A stretch of DNA of 64,000 bases from Camelus ferus (lineage: Eukaryota). Where the stretch lies: contig NC_045697.1 in NCBI RefSeq assembly GCF_009834535.1, forward strand, positions 95,172,001 to 95,236,000, read 5' to 3'. Within the stretch, counting starts at the first letter, position 1; each line of letters opens with the position of its first letter. The position numbers and the translations under genes were made by a program. A model generated the notes under the pieces. The model did not search any database. It was not told where the DNA came from and saw only the letters and a list, made by a program, of their open reading frames with translations. Shown here in pieces: positions 1 to 12,656 of this stretch.

Positions 1-1535
1 GAAAGACTTGGTATTGTTAAGAGGACAATTCTGTCCAAACTGATATACAGATATAAAGGAATTCCAATCAAAATCCCAGCAGGTGCTCTGTGGAAATTGA
101 AAATGTTATTTTCAAGTTTATTTGGAAATGCAAAATTATATAATATTTTTAAAAGCTTTGAGAGAGAAGAACAAATTTATATAACCAACCTTACCTTTTC
201 ATAAGATATAAGGCTACAATAATCAAGATATGTGGTATTGGCATAAATTCTAAGAAATAGAGCAACAGAACAGAATAGGAAATAGTGACAGTTGCAGAGG
301 CAATTCAGTGGGAAATAATTTTTTTAAGTAGTGATAGAACAGTTGCATTATCATTTACAAAAAATGTACTTAGACCCATACCTCACAACATACAAAAATT
401 AAGTCAAAATTAACCAGAGATCTAAATATAAATCCCAAAACCATAAAATATCTTGAAGAAAGCATAGGAGAAAATCTGTTACCGTGAGTTCAACAAAGAT
501 TCATTAGATACAACACTTGTAGACATGCTCTATCAAAACAAAGTTGGTAAATTTGACTTCATCAAAATTAAAAATCCGCTTTTCAAAGATACTGCTAAGA
601 AAATGAAAGAACAGTACCCAGACTGGGAAAAATATTTGCAAATCATACATATGATAAATTACTTGTATCTAGAATATGTAAAGGCTTCTCAAATTCAATA
701 ATAAAAAATAAAATAAAAAGCCAATTTAGAACAGGCAAAAGATTTGAACAAATATTCCCAAAAAGATAAACATGTAAATAAGCACATGAAAAATGGTCAA
801 AATACTGATTATCAAAGACAAGCAAATTAAATGAGATAACACTACACAGCACTTAGAATGGCAATTAAAATTCCAGATATCCCAAAGGCTGGTGAAGATA
901 TGAAGAAACTAGAATTTTCATTCACAGAATCACCTAGAAAAATAGTTTGACAGTTTTGTTAAATTTAACAATACACCTACCTACCATATACACTATCCAT
1001 TCTACTCTTCAGCATATATCTATGAGCTATGTAAGCATGCATTCATACTTTTTCAAGAATTTTCATAGAATCTTGACTTGTAATAACTTAGATCTGGAAG
1101 CAATCCAAATGTTCATCACCAATTCAATGAATAAGCAAACTGCTATATCATGGCCATATTACTCAAGAATAAAAATGAGTGTACACTATAAGCTGGATGA
1201 CACCTCAAAATAATTTTATTGAGTTGAAAATCTACAACCTTCATAAAAGAATGGATACTTTATAATTTAATTTTATAAAATTTCAGAATATGCAAAATAA
1301 TCTAAGTAAATGTAAAAAGCAGATCAAGGATGCTTAGAGTTGGGGAGAGAATACGAATAAGGAAGAAGGCAAGAAATATAAAGGGGCATGAGGAAACTTT
1401 GGGGGGCAATGAATATGGTCAGTGTCTTTTGGTAGTGATGGCTTCACAGGTATTTACATATGTTAAACCTTAAATTGTACACTATAAATATGTATAATTT
1501 TTTGTATGTGACTTCTTCAACAGTGCTGTTAGAAA
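1..1535 (+). mobile_element. Old LINE-1 (L1MC/ME-like): 3' part of ORF2 plus 3'UTR, degraded, runs off the window start
   Basis: The start resembles the ORF2 motif RLNIVKMSILPKLIYRFNAIPIKIP. Typical L1 text follows ('tttgcaaatcatacatatgataaa'). It ends in an L1M-type 3'UTR ('ggggcatgaggaaactttgggggg...aattgtacactataaatatg'). Confidence 0.85.
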
Positions 1536-1724
1536 ATTTAAATTTTGATGCATTAATTTTGTGTTATAATAATTATAGTAGTAGAAAGGTGTGGGTGCAG
1601 TTCTGGAAGAAGTAACCTTGATTATATAAATTCTAAATGAACTCCTCTGGTTGACACTGCAAAATAAAATGTCAGACTGAGAAAAATTAATACAACCTGA
1701 GAATTTAATAATTGAAATTACTAT

Positions 1725-1822
1725 TAATAATGAGTAATACTTATTCAGTACTTACTGTGTCATAGGCCTTTTTCTAAGAGTATTCCATATATATTGTTAA
1801 TATGATGTAACAACCCTATGAA
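1725..1822 (-). mobile_element. MIR SINE fragment
   Basis: 'taatacttattcagtacttactgtgtcataggc...acaaccctatga' resembles the antisense MIR core and tail. Confidence 0.55.
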
Positions 1823-4800
1823 CATTCTTCCTATGGAAATCTTCAGTAATCATCATAGTAGTCACATGGACTTTGAGATATTTTCCATGCCATAGCTTTA
1901 CTTCTACCTGGAAAGAGTCTGAATGAGTAACTTGCCTCTGTTATTTCCAGAGCCTGATCCTACAGAGTCAAGGCCACTCTCTTTCAAGATATAATTTACA
2001 TATGCTCTAATAGGCAAGCAAACAAATTTCAATATTCTGAAATTTTTGTCTCTATTCTCTGTGTGAAAACTATCCATGAATGCTACTTTTTAATATTTTA
2101 TTAGTGTATAGGTGAAAAGATTGCCTCTTGTTGTCACAATAGAAAGGGATAGTAGTGGATAGGTTGTAATTAGCTATCATTACTGTTAATTAGATCAAAT
2201 GTATATGGATTTAAGGCACATTTAACCCTTTGGAAGCAATTCTTGTAAAAATTTAGGACGCTTAACTATTTACAAATTATTTACAACTATTGTCTGCTCA
2301 AGCTGTTTTCTGAATCTCACCTCTAATGTTCCTGAACATGAGGATCAATATTTTTATTTTGAATACTAAGCACCTGGAAAAGTTAATAATACAAAGCATG
2401 GGCCCAGTGTGTACCAGTTTAACTCAAATAAATTCAAAAGAAATAGAAGTCTCAACTTGCTCTAATAAGTCCCTTCTTTGTCATCGTGTCCATCTTTCTC
2501 TCTGCCTATCCCATTTATTATCTAATATTAGCATTGTATGAGGTTTCATTAAGAAAGTCAGATTTAGATAGGAATATAGAAGGGATAGTATTTCAAAGTT
2601 GCTTCATGTGCAGTGATTTTCATAAGTTTTCTAATTTCTGCTTTCACATTTCGTATAATTTTATATTGCAAACTTTATTCATCAAACCTGAAACTTTTAA
2701 TTTCCTGATTGAAGACGATAACTTTAGATCCTGTTCATGCTTACATATTTAACCAACACACAATTTACTCTAATTTTGTCAGAATTTAATTTAATCACTT
2801 TATGGGTAATATCTTTGATCTTTGATTTGAATTTTATTTCTTTCAGATTCAGAAGCTGTTATATAAATAAAGTTTGATTATGTGCATATTAATCATTTAT
2901 ATCTTAATATTCTTTCCTAATACAGAGTGTCAAATATTCAACTTTAATTCAAACACCTCTATAAGGTGTTTCAAAGTATTTATTCTGTCTACTCCCCATG
3001 ATTTCCACATTTTTAGCATTTATATCATATAATTTTGCCCAGAAGTTAAGAGTTAAGTTACTTTTCCAGAATATTTTTCCTCTCTATGTAAAAAATTTTT
3101 TCTATTAGTGGATAAAATAATTGATTCATCAGAGAAAAATAATGTGGAAAATATGCTTTTCAAATGCTCAGAGTTCAAAATTTAAAAACTGTATGTAAGT
3201 ATGAAATATGGAACTTGTTATATTTTATTAAGGCTAGCTATCTTTGTTAACATCAACTATAAAATCCAGATCATCATTCTAACTCTTATTCATGGGTAAC
3301 TGTTGAACCACTGTCAAAAAAGTAGAATGTCAAATGTTTTCCCATATATCATATGTTCAATATTAATTTCACATTAATGATATAATTAAAGAAAAATCTA
3401 TCATCAATATGGCCACACTCTAAACAAAAGTGATAGCTATTTCTTTTTTTTCTACTATACTGTCGACATTACTGAGTGCCATAATAGGAGTTGGAGATAC
3501 AACAAAATACATTACATTTTATCCTATCTATAACATGTATATTTGAATTTTTAACACAAATCTTGGGCTGAAATTTATATAAATTTATTGGCTGATACAT
3601 TTGTTATCATTTTCTAGTAAAATTTGATCCAAATGTTTAATACATTATGAAATTGTAATGACCAAAATAAAACATTTGCTTCCTGACTGCTCAGTTTGTT
3701 GGAAATTTTATTATTGATTTTCAGGAAAGGAAACTCAGACATTTTAACTTTCTGAAAACATTTAAATCTTTGAAGAGAAAGAACACAAATCTGTAGTCAA
3801 ATTTGAAAATACTTTGTGTCCATTTAATTCTGTGTTGAGTTTTAATTTTTTTTTATGTACATGTGCAAAAATAACATTTTAGTTTCCAACATTAATTATC
3901 TGGGGAAAGGGAAAGAACCAATAAAATTAATCTCTTTAAGCTTTCTGAACAAAAATAAATTTATCAGACTAATGGATCAAAAAATAAATTTATAGTCCAG
4001 GCATCAATTCTGAAGTTTATTTTTATGGTGAAATTAGTGGGACATCATTTGATACCATTTTTTAAATATATTTTAAAAAGCAAATGTTGAAATCTACAAC
4101 TAGAAAATAATTGTGTTCCTAAGAAAAACCTACAAGGCTTGACAATTACCATGGTTTTCTTTTTAGGGTCGGTGAATCCTTTCATATAGTTTTTAAAAAA
4201 TAGAATAAAGATGAAAATTCAGTATAAAGCAATAAAAAATCAGTTAAAAATAACTAGAAAAATATCACCAAGAAGTGGGTTGCAGGAAGCTAGAAGTGAC
4301 CTATGGGCATGTTGTTATGTACGTGATGAGTTCAAGCTTGACTAATTATTTGTCTGTCCTTGTATTTTTAAGCTATATAATACAAGGTGCTTACTTTATT
4401 AATCCAATGCACAATAAAGGCATTAGCTTTTCTTTTGAATTTATACTTACTCCTTTACCAAGCTATTCATTAGTAAATATGTAACAACTATTATGGTTTG
4501 ATAGAAAAAATTGTTTGGCTCATGTATCAGGACAGTCATAGGAGATAATAAAATTATATCCTTATTAATTATAACAGAATATCTAAATAACTGTATAAAA
4601 AACAAATCTTGATTATACATGGTTGGATTTTCAGCATAAATTATCAAATTTTAACTTAAGAATTTTTAGTGTAAAAATATTCAAAAATATAAATTCTATT
4701 CTATCAATGCTAAATTGGGTTAATTAAAATATTCCAAATAACATAAACATTTATGCAAATAAATCAAACAAATAGAAATTTTAAACCCTAATGATGGATT

Positions 4801-5072
4801 TTGAAGTTATTCCGTCATGATGATAGCTCTAAAATTTAAAAAATAGGACTTTGTCCTACTATCATGCATTAATTATATTATTTTTTCTATATTGAATATA
4901 TAATTTGAATATATAATATCAGGGGCAACTTGATCTCTTTTGGGTGGAGTGACTTTCCCCATCATTGCCATAGTACAGTAGCTTAGTGCACATCTCTCTC
5001 CTAGGCTTTCAACTGTATAAGCATCCATGCAACTGCTGATCTTATAATTTCAGTTCTCTGTCTGTCACAAAG

Positions 5073-5073
<1 letters not shown>

Positions 5074-5114
<41 letters not shown>

Positions 5115-5133
5115 GCACATGCACACACACACA
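5074..5133. repeat. (CA)n microsatellite, interrupted by gcac units
   Basis: Directly visible. Confidence 0.97.
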
Positions 5134-5679
5134 AAGCACATCCGCCCCTCATTATTCATGCATTTACTGTGAGTCAGGAAAATTTTCTTACAATTGGCAC
5201 ATAGCCCTGAAGATACTTGGTTGGTTCAGGAAGAATTATTTTCATTTAAGATAAGTAATAATAGAAACAGACCTATCATATCAAGTATAAAAAATTCTAT
5301 AGGATTAACATATCATCAATAAGACAGCACAGAGAAAAATAAACACAAAAATGTTTGCTATACATTAGATTAAAATCATGTTCATAGATTTCTTTTAAAA
5401 TTATATAAGTAAGTAAATACATAGTATATTAAAAAGTTACTAGGAAATTTTGTTTTAGAATTCTAGGAATATGGAATATAAGCTAGAAGAATTCAGAAGA
5501 GAGGAGAAAGATTGTAAAAGTCATTGCAGAAATAAAGATTTCCTTTAAGCCCTCGAAAAAGGAATAATCTCTGCTCAATACATAGTTAATGAAAGTAAAC
5601 ACTTAACTCAAGTGAAAATGAGCAAAATAAAGTGGAAATGAGCAAAAATTTGAGTTGTTTAGAGAGGTATTTCATTGAT

Positions 5680-6190
5680 GTGCAAGATAGCCCGTATATC
5701 TATATTCCCAATATATCCATAATTGGTATCCCGGTGGAAGAGAAACAAATAAGGTGGTTTCAGAAATATAAAAATTATAAGAAAGTATTCCAAAACTAAA
5801 AGAAGACTTCAGAATTTAACACAATGTACCCCATACTATTCCAAATAAGAAATGCTGGATACCAAGAAAAATCATGCCACGTTTGTAAGATAAGGAATAA
5901 ATCCTTTGGAAGTACAGGGAGTAAAAGTCATCTCCTAACTTAAAATAAGCTTGGTGAATTCTGATATTAAATTCACAAATTCAGAACTAGAAGAAAATGA
6001 ACAATAACTATAAAGTCTTTGGTAAGAGAAAGAGTGAACAAAGAATTTTAAACAGAGTTAAACCGTCATTTAAACATAGTAACAAAAGGAAGACATTTTC
6101 AAACATGATGAAACTTTTAGAGGACATTCTCATTTTAAGAAAAACTGCTGGACAAATAATTTTAGACAACTGAGAAATAAAACAAGAATG
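5680..6190 (+). mobile_element. Old L1 ORF1-region remnant
   Basis: 'ataattggtatcccggtggaagag' (IGVPEGE-like) and 'aagacattttcaaacatg' resemble degraded L1ME ORF1. Confidence 0.55.
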
Positions 6191-6194
6191 TATG

Positions 6195-8772
6195 CAAGAA
6201 GATGGTATAGGAATTTCTGGCACCTGTCCCCTCCCAGAAACATTAATTTGAACATCCAAAAACAAAAAACAAAAACAAAACTTTCACAAAGAGCTAAGGA
6301 TTCCAAGTGAGGATTTCTAGCACCTGTATGAAGCACAAAAATATGCACTGAAGACTGTAAGAAAGACAGGTTCATATTATTTTCATCGTTAATCCCAGGT
6401 AGCCCAGCACTGAGAGAAACACCCATGGGAAAATGAGAGTGAAATGAGCAGCTGACTTCACTGAAGACATCAACGTTGGCCAAGCTCTAGCACAAGGTCA
6501 ACTCACAGCTAATGATGGCTCCCATGGCCCCAGGCTCCCATTAGATTCCTGTAAATCTTGGCTTCTGGTGCATCCCTCCACAAGCTGGCTCCCCTCATCC
6601 CAGGCAGCTCCTGTGGCCACAGGCTCCAAACCAGCCCCTGTAAATCCAGACTTCAGACTCCTAAAAAGGACAGCAACTGTTTGGCCCCACAACCTAGTCT
6701 CTAGACTGGTTCCTGCAGACTAGATGTGGAAACAAAACAACTCCTTAACACCAATGGGTAAAATAAGAAATCCAAGGGGAAATAAAAAAAATCTTGAAAT
6801 AAATAAAAGTGGAAACACAACATACAACAATTATGGGATGTAGCAAAAGAATTTCTAAGGGGTAAGTTACAGTAATGAATGCCTTAAAAGAAAAAAGGAA
6901 AGATCACAAATAAACAACCTAAATTTACAACTCAAGGAGCTAGAAGAAGCATAAACTAAGCCCAAAGTTAACAGCAGGAAGGAAATCACAAAGATTAGAG
7001 CAGAAATAATCAAAACAGAGGCCAAAAAAAACAATAGAAAAGAGCAATGAAACTGAGAGTAGTTTGTTTTTTTTAAAGATAAACAAAATAGACAAACTTT
7101 GACTGGAATACTTAAGAAAAATAGAGAAGACTGAAATAAATAAAAGCAGAAATGAAAGTGGTAAAATTACAGCTGACATCACCAAAATACAAAGCATCAT
7201 GAGACTGCCATGAAAATTATACACCAACAAATTTGATAACCTAGAAGAAATGGATGAATTTCTATAAACATACCACCTGCCAAAACTGAATCATGAAAAA
7301 ATACAAAAAACTGAACAGGCGAAAAACAAATAAGGAGATTGCATCAGTTTTCTTATCAATTCAATCTCAACAGAGAAAAGTTTGGGGCCAGATGGCTTCA
7401 CTGGTGAAGTCTATCAAACATTTGAAGCAGAATTAAGGCTAATCCTTCTCAAACTCTTTTAAAAAAAAAATTGAAGAGGGGGGAGTACTCCCAAACTAAT
7501 TTTATGAGGCCAGTATTATTACCCAGATACCAAAGCTATATAAGGACACTACAAGAAAAGAAAACAACAGCACAATATCCCTGATAAATACAGATACAAA
7601 CATTTCCAACAAAATACTAGCAAATTGAATTCAACAGTACATTAAAAGGATCACAAGAATGATCATGTGTGATTTATCCCTTGAATGTACTATTGTATTG
7701 ATTTGCATGTGGTTCAATACATGCAAATCAGTAAATTTGATAAGACACATTAATAGAATGAAAGGTGAAAGCATATGATCATCTCAAAAGTTGCAGAAAA
7801 AGCTTTTGACAACATTTAACATTTCTAGTAAAAACTCTCAAAAAATGGATTCTAGAAGGAAGCAACTTCAACATCATTAAAGCCATATATGACAAATCCA
7901 CAGCCAACATCATACTCAGTGGTGAAAGTTTGAAATGTTTCCCGATAAGATCAAGAACAAGACAAGAGTGCTCAATCTCACCAATTTTATTCACTTCAGT
8001 GCTAGAAGCCATTGACAGAACAATCAAGCAAGAAAAAAAAGTAAAATGCATCCAAATTGTACCGGAAAAAGTGGAAGTTTCTCTGTGAATGCTAGGATCT
8101 TACATATAGAAAATCCTAAACACTCCACCAAAAAATTGTTATAGCTGATTAAATAATTCTGTAAAGTTGCAGCATATAAAATCAATATGTAAAATTAGTT
8201 GTATTTCTTTATACTAACAATGAACTAAAAGCAGAAACAAAAACAATCCCATTAACAATTGTATAAAAAGTAATAAAATATTTAGGAATAAATTTAAACA
8301 AGGCAGTAAAAGATTTGTACTCTGAATATTACAAGAGGATGAAAGAAACTGAAGAAGACACACAATAAATGGGAAGATATCCTGTGTTCATAGATCTGCG
8401 TAATTAATATTGCTAAAATGTCCATACTATCCAGAGACATCTATAGACTCAGTACAATCCTTGTCAAAATTCTAATGACATTTTTTAATTCCTAAAAATT
8501 GAATGGAACCACAGAAGACTCTTGAGAAAGAAGAACAAAACTGGAGGCATCATACTCCCTGATTTCAAACTTTATTAAAAAGCTATAGTAATCAAAACAA
8601 TCTGTTTTTTACATAAAAGCAGACACACAGACCACTGAACAGAATCGAGAGCCCAGGTGTAAACCCACATGTGTACAATCAACTAGGGAGTATTTGACTA
8701 GGGAGCCAAGAACACTAAATGGGGATAGGATAGTCTCTTTAATAAATGGTGCTGAGAAAACTGGATATTCAC
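6195..8772 (+). mobile_element. LINE-1 (L1MA-like): GC-richer 5'UTR joined directly to degraded ORF2 (after the EN domain, through RT); 3' end missing
   Basis: 6195-6724 is 5'UTR-like ('caagaagatgg', repeated ggctcc units). From about 6725 there are ORF2 motifs: WK..N.LLN.QW, 'gggccagatggcttcactggtgaa' (GPDGFTGE), 'acaagacaagagtgc' (TRQ.C) and 'tatttaggaataaattta' (YLGINL). Many frameshifts. Confidence 0.88.
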
Positions 8773-9439
8773 TTACAAAAATTGCACTCCAGAATTTAAA
8801 AGTAAATGCATTCTCACCACAACAAAATACAATAAGGAGTTTATTTGCCAACAAAACCTGTAATAAAGAAAGTTGGAAATTCAAATATACATAATATAAG
8901 ATGATGCCAGAACAATAACTATAGAGAGAAGGAACATAACAGTTTGAGGAAGATGATAATATAAATAAAGACCCAACGGCATGATCAAGAACAAGCTTTA
9001 TAGAACATTAAAAAAAAAAAAGCTATAAGTTGAGGACAGCGGAACAAAGTGAAAGAGACATATGCCTTAATGAATTGAGAGACCCCATGCCAACCCTGGG
9101 CAGACTACCCGAATGTGATACATAAACCTGTCAGATCAACTATTACTTTACTCTGTTACAGCTACCATAACTATACAAAATTGAGCGTTATAATCAACTA
9201 ACATGATAAATCAAAAAAGCAACCTTCATTGATACTGAACTAACATATAATAAATGTCAACAGCCATTTTCCTTTACAATATTAGATACACCAGTTGGCT
9301 AATACCTTAATATTACAAAATAATTATTATAAATATTACCTAATATTAAATTCAAGGTGAGTTATTAATACTCTAATTAAAAGCAGGAGTAGAATAGGTT
9401 CATTATTACCAAATCAAGATAGGCAGAATAATTGAGAAA

Positions 9440-9652
9440 ACATCTAATGTAAAAAAAATATACAAAAAGGCCAACAATTACAGAATTATTCAACATTATT
9501 AGTCATCAGAGAAATGCAAAATAAAACCATAATAAAGGACCATGACACATTCATTGGAATAGCTAATATTAGAAGACTGAGAATACCAGTTGTTAGCAAC
9601 AATATGGAGCAATGGGAAAACTCATCCACTGGTGGTGGAAATGCAAAATAGC
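9440..9652 (+). mobile_element. L1 ORF2 C-terminal fragment
   Basis: 'caacattattagtcatcagagaaatgcaaaataaaacc...ggtggaaatgcaaaatag'. Confidence 0.75.
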
Positions 9653-9654
9653 CA

Positions 9655-10420
9655 TCTAATTTGCATTTATTTTTCATGACTTATTACCATTACATATGAA
9701 CTACATGTGGAAATATTTTCTTCCTTATACTTAACATCCATTTGTATTTCACTTATTTACGGTATAGGTTTTGCCAATATTTCTATTGAGTTGTGGGTTT
9801 TTTTGTTTATTTGGTACTTCTGCTTTATTTAATCAGAATATTAGCCACCTGTTGTACACATTGCAAATTTTTTCCAGTTTCTGTCTTTGAAATTGATTTT
9901 CTTTCCAATAATTTTATTACTATTTGAATAATTTTACTTTATAGTAGCCATATGTTCCAATCTTTTTATGTTTGTGGTTTGTGGTTTTGTTTCTTGCTAA
10001 ACATAACCATTTACATGCTGGTGTTATTTCTAATAATTTGGTGATTTCATTTTTATGAATAAGTCATTGATGCAACCAGAATTTTTGATGATACGAAAAT
10101 TTGGAGTAAAGGATTATTCTATATATTCATTACTTTTTTAACCATTTGTTCCAGCAATGTTACTTTGCAATTTTCTTCCCAGTATTTTAAAATTCTACCT
10201 TTATTTAGTGCTGTATTTCCATTATGATTTTAGATATATTTCTAACCTCTCCTTTCTTTTTTCCCAACATTCCTATCTGCCTACATATATACCTTGTAGC
10301 AAACACTTTTAATTATTGTAGCATTACAACCTAGCTTAATAAATGCATGCAGGAAAAAAAGGCTCCACTGTCTCATAATTTTTATTTACTAAAATTTGCT
10401 GGAAATTCTTGTATATTAAC
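9655..10420 (-). mobile_element. Old L1 ORF2 fragment, antisense
   Basis: T-rich antisense L1 text ('taatttgcattt', 'acacattgcaaattttttccag', 'acactttttaattattgtagc'). Confidence 0.65.
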
Positions 10421-10431
10421 ATGATAAAACC

Positions 10432-10930
10432 AGTTTTTTGATATAATTTATACAGAATAACATGCAAATCTTGTGAATGCAGGGTTTAATGAATTTTGGC
10501 TAATTGAGGCAGCTGTGTATTCACCATCAAAATCAAGATAGAGAACATTTAGATTATTCCCAGTATTCCCCAGTGTCCATTCCTAGTCACGTTGCCAAAA
10601 CCTTCAACAACAAGTAATCTTCACTGTCATTATAAATTTTATTTGACTTTTCTAAAGTTTCATATAACTGAAATTATCCAATTTGCACTAATTTGTTTCT
10701 GACCATTTACACTCAGCTTCGTGTTATGGAGGTTCACCCATCCATGATATGTGTGTATCTAGAGTTTATCCCTTTTTTTTGCTAAGTAGTATTCCATTGT
10801 ATGAATATAACATAATTTATATAAGCTGTCACCTGTTGGTTGAAAAATTCTGGATTGTATTTTAAGTGCATATGTAACTTTATAGTAAACTACCAAGCAA
10901 GTCTCCAGAATTGTGCAATTTTACGTATAT
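10432..10930 (-). mobile_element. L1M 3'UTR fragment, antisense
   Basis: 'ttttttgatataatttatacag...aatcaagatagagaacatt...gtagtattccattgtatgaatata'. Confidence 0.75.
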
Positions 10931-12319
10931 AACTTTCTTTTGGTCACCGATACATCATTCCAATTGTCTGTGAGTGTACCTCACCTACCATGCCCTAAAT
11001 AACTTTCAAGATTTTTGTTGAATGATTGAATGAATGTAAGGAAGTAAGTAGCAAAATTGCTTACAATAATAACTTTATGTCGATTAATTTTAATGTGGAA
11101 GGTAATTATCAAATCAAAATAAATATTAAGAAATATTTTAGAAAAATTATGATATTTGGCTAATGCATTTATGGAGAGAACAGATAAAATAGAAATGAAT
11201 ACTTATAGAGGTATTAATTTTACTGTTTCTTAGTGTGTGTATCAGTATTTTTATGATTCTGTTCACACAAACAGATACGATCAGATGGCGTACTGACATT
11301 GGGCAAGGAAATAAAGGTGCCAGAAGCTAGTACAATCTAACTCCAGTTCTTTGATAAGCATGTTGAACCTAGGGAGCTCATACAGGTAGATCCCATGGTG
11401 AAAGTAAAAGCTGATTTAGTGATTTAAAACTAATTCCTACACTTGAGCTTAAAACTAAGCTTAATTGCCATCTACCAGCTTCGGAAATATGCAAAGCCCA
11501 TGAGATTTCAACAAATTACAACCCTAAAAAGTGACCACATAGAAATTGACTTGATTAGAATTTATAATGGGTTTCCTAGTTAGTTCAATAGTGGACCTTG
11601 TCATGATTCAGTAGTGGGATATATATATTCTCAGACATAGATGCCAACTAAAATTACGTTTGAAATGTGGAACAAAAGAAAATATTAATTGGCTAAGTAG
11701 ATCCATTTTATCATACTGACAATGATATGTCATTCTATCATTTTTGTTTCCTTTTTCACTCCACAAAAATGTATAATGAATACATTTAAATGTAATAAAG
11801 GAAAGAATGATGTGAATTACAATAATATAACCAGTAGCTGTGCTTATATCAAAGATGAAAAATAACATCCTTAATCCCACACTGAATCCACTTAATGAGA
11901 AAGCTGGCAGGTAGACATTTTTGTTTGAAGTCCTAAAGATTTTACCAGTGTGACATTTTGGAATATCTACTATCTAATCAACTTAACAATAATTGAGAAT
12001 GAGGAATCTGTCAAAATGGGGGTGTCTTGAGACTTAAAATGAAAAGAAAAGATTTTTAAAATACACTATTTCATATTATCTGTTACGTCAACTAATCAGA
12101 CATATAATTTTCCTTTCATTTGCATAGTCTCAAAGTCTCTTTAATATTTCAAAGTCAGCTTGATAGGTTGATAATACTTTGTGGCATGTTTGAGCCTGGT
12201 ATATGTGTCTTCTTATAGGTGACACTAGTCACCTATATATATAGGACTCTAGTGAAGTAGTCTTTTCTTTGATCCTGACATCAGAATTCTTACTTGACAT
12301 GTACGTGTTACTTGTTGGA

Positions 12320-12656
12320 GGTTGGGGGGGGCGGGCGTTGACCGCCTCATCCATTTGTCATGATGGCACAATGTCCAATTCTTGGTCAATTGAAGTACTT
12401 CTCTGGAGTGTAAATAATGACTTTTTCCTGCTTTTCAATTTTTAAAGTGATTTTTTAAATTTGACAAGTTTCACAGCTAGCCACTTCAAAAATTCAAATA
12501 CTTTAGAAGCACAGGGAACATTGTATCAACTAGTGCGTGCCTTTTATTTTTCAAGTATCGCAAACTGGCCAGGGGGTGTAAATTTAACAGTGAATGTAGT
12601 CTTCTGCTGTTGTTGTTGAGATTACTTGAAAAAGCAGCAGTCATGGCAAGGTAAGA
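12320..12656 (+). promoter_or_regulatory. Candidate promoter and first exon (speculative)
   Basis: GC box GGGGCGGG at 12328-12335 with retained CpGs, CCAAT near 12375, strong-Kozak gtcATGG at 12643 and donor AAG|GTAAGA at 12650/12651, all in repeat-free DNA. Confidence 0.3.

Noticed and set aside
5610..5650. 20-bp tandem duplication; similar short duplications at about 3950, 20890 and 22240
   Set aside because: Only two copies each, consistent with ordinary slippage. No spacer array or CRISPR-like structure.
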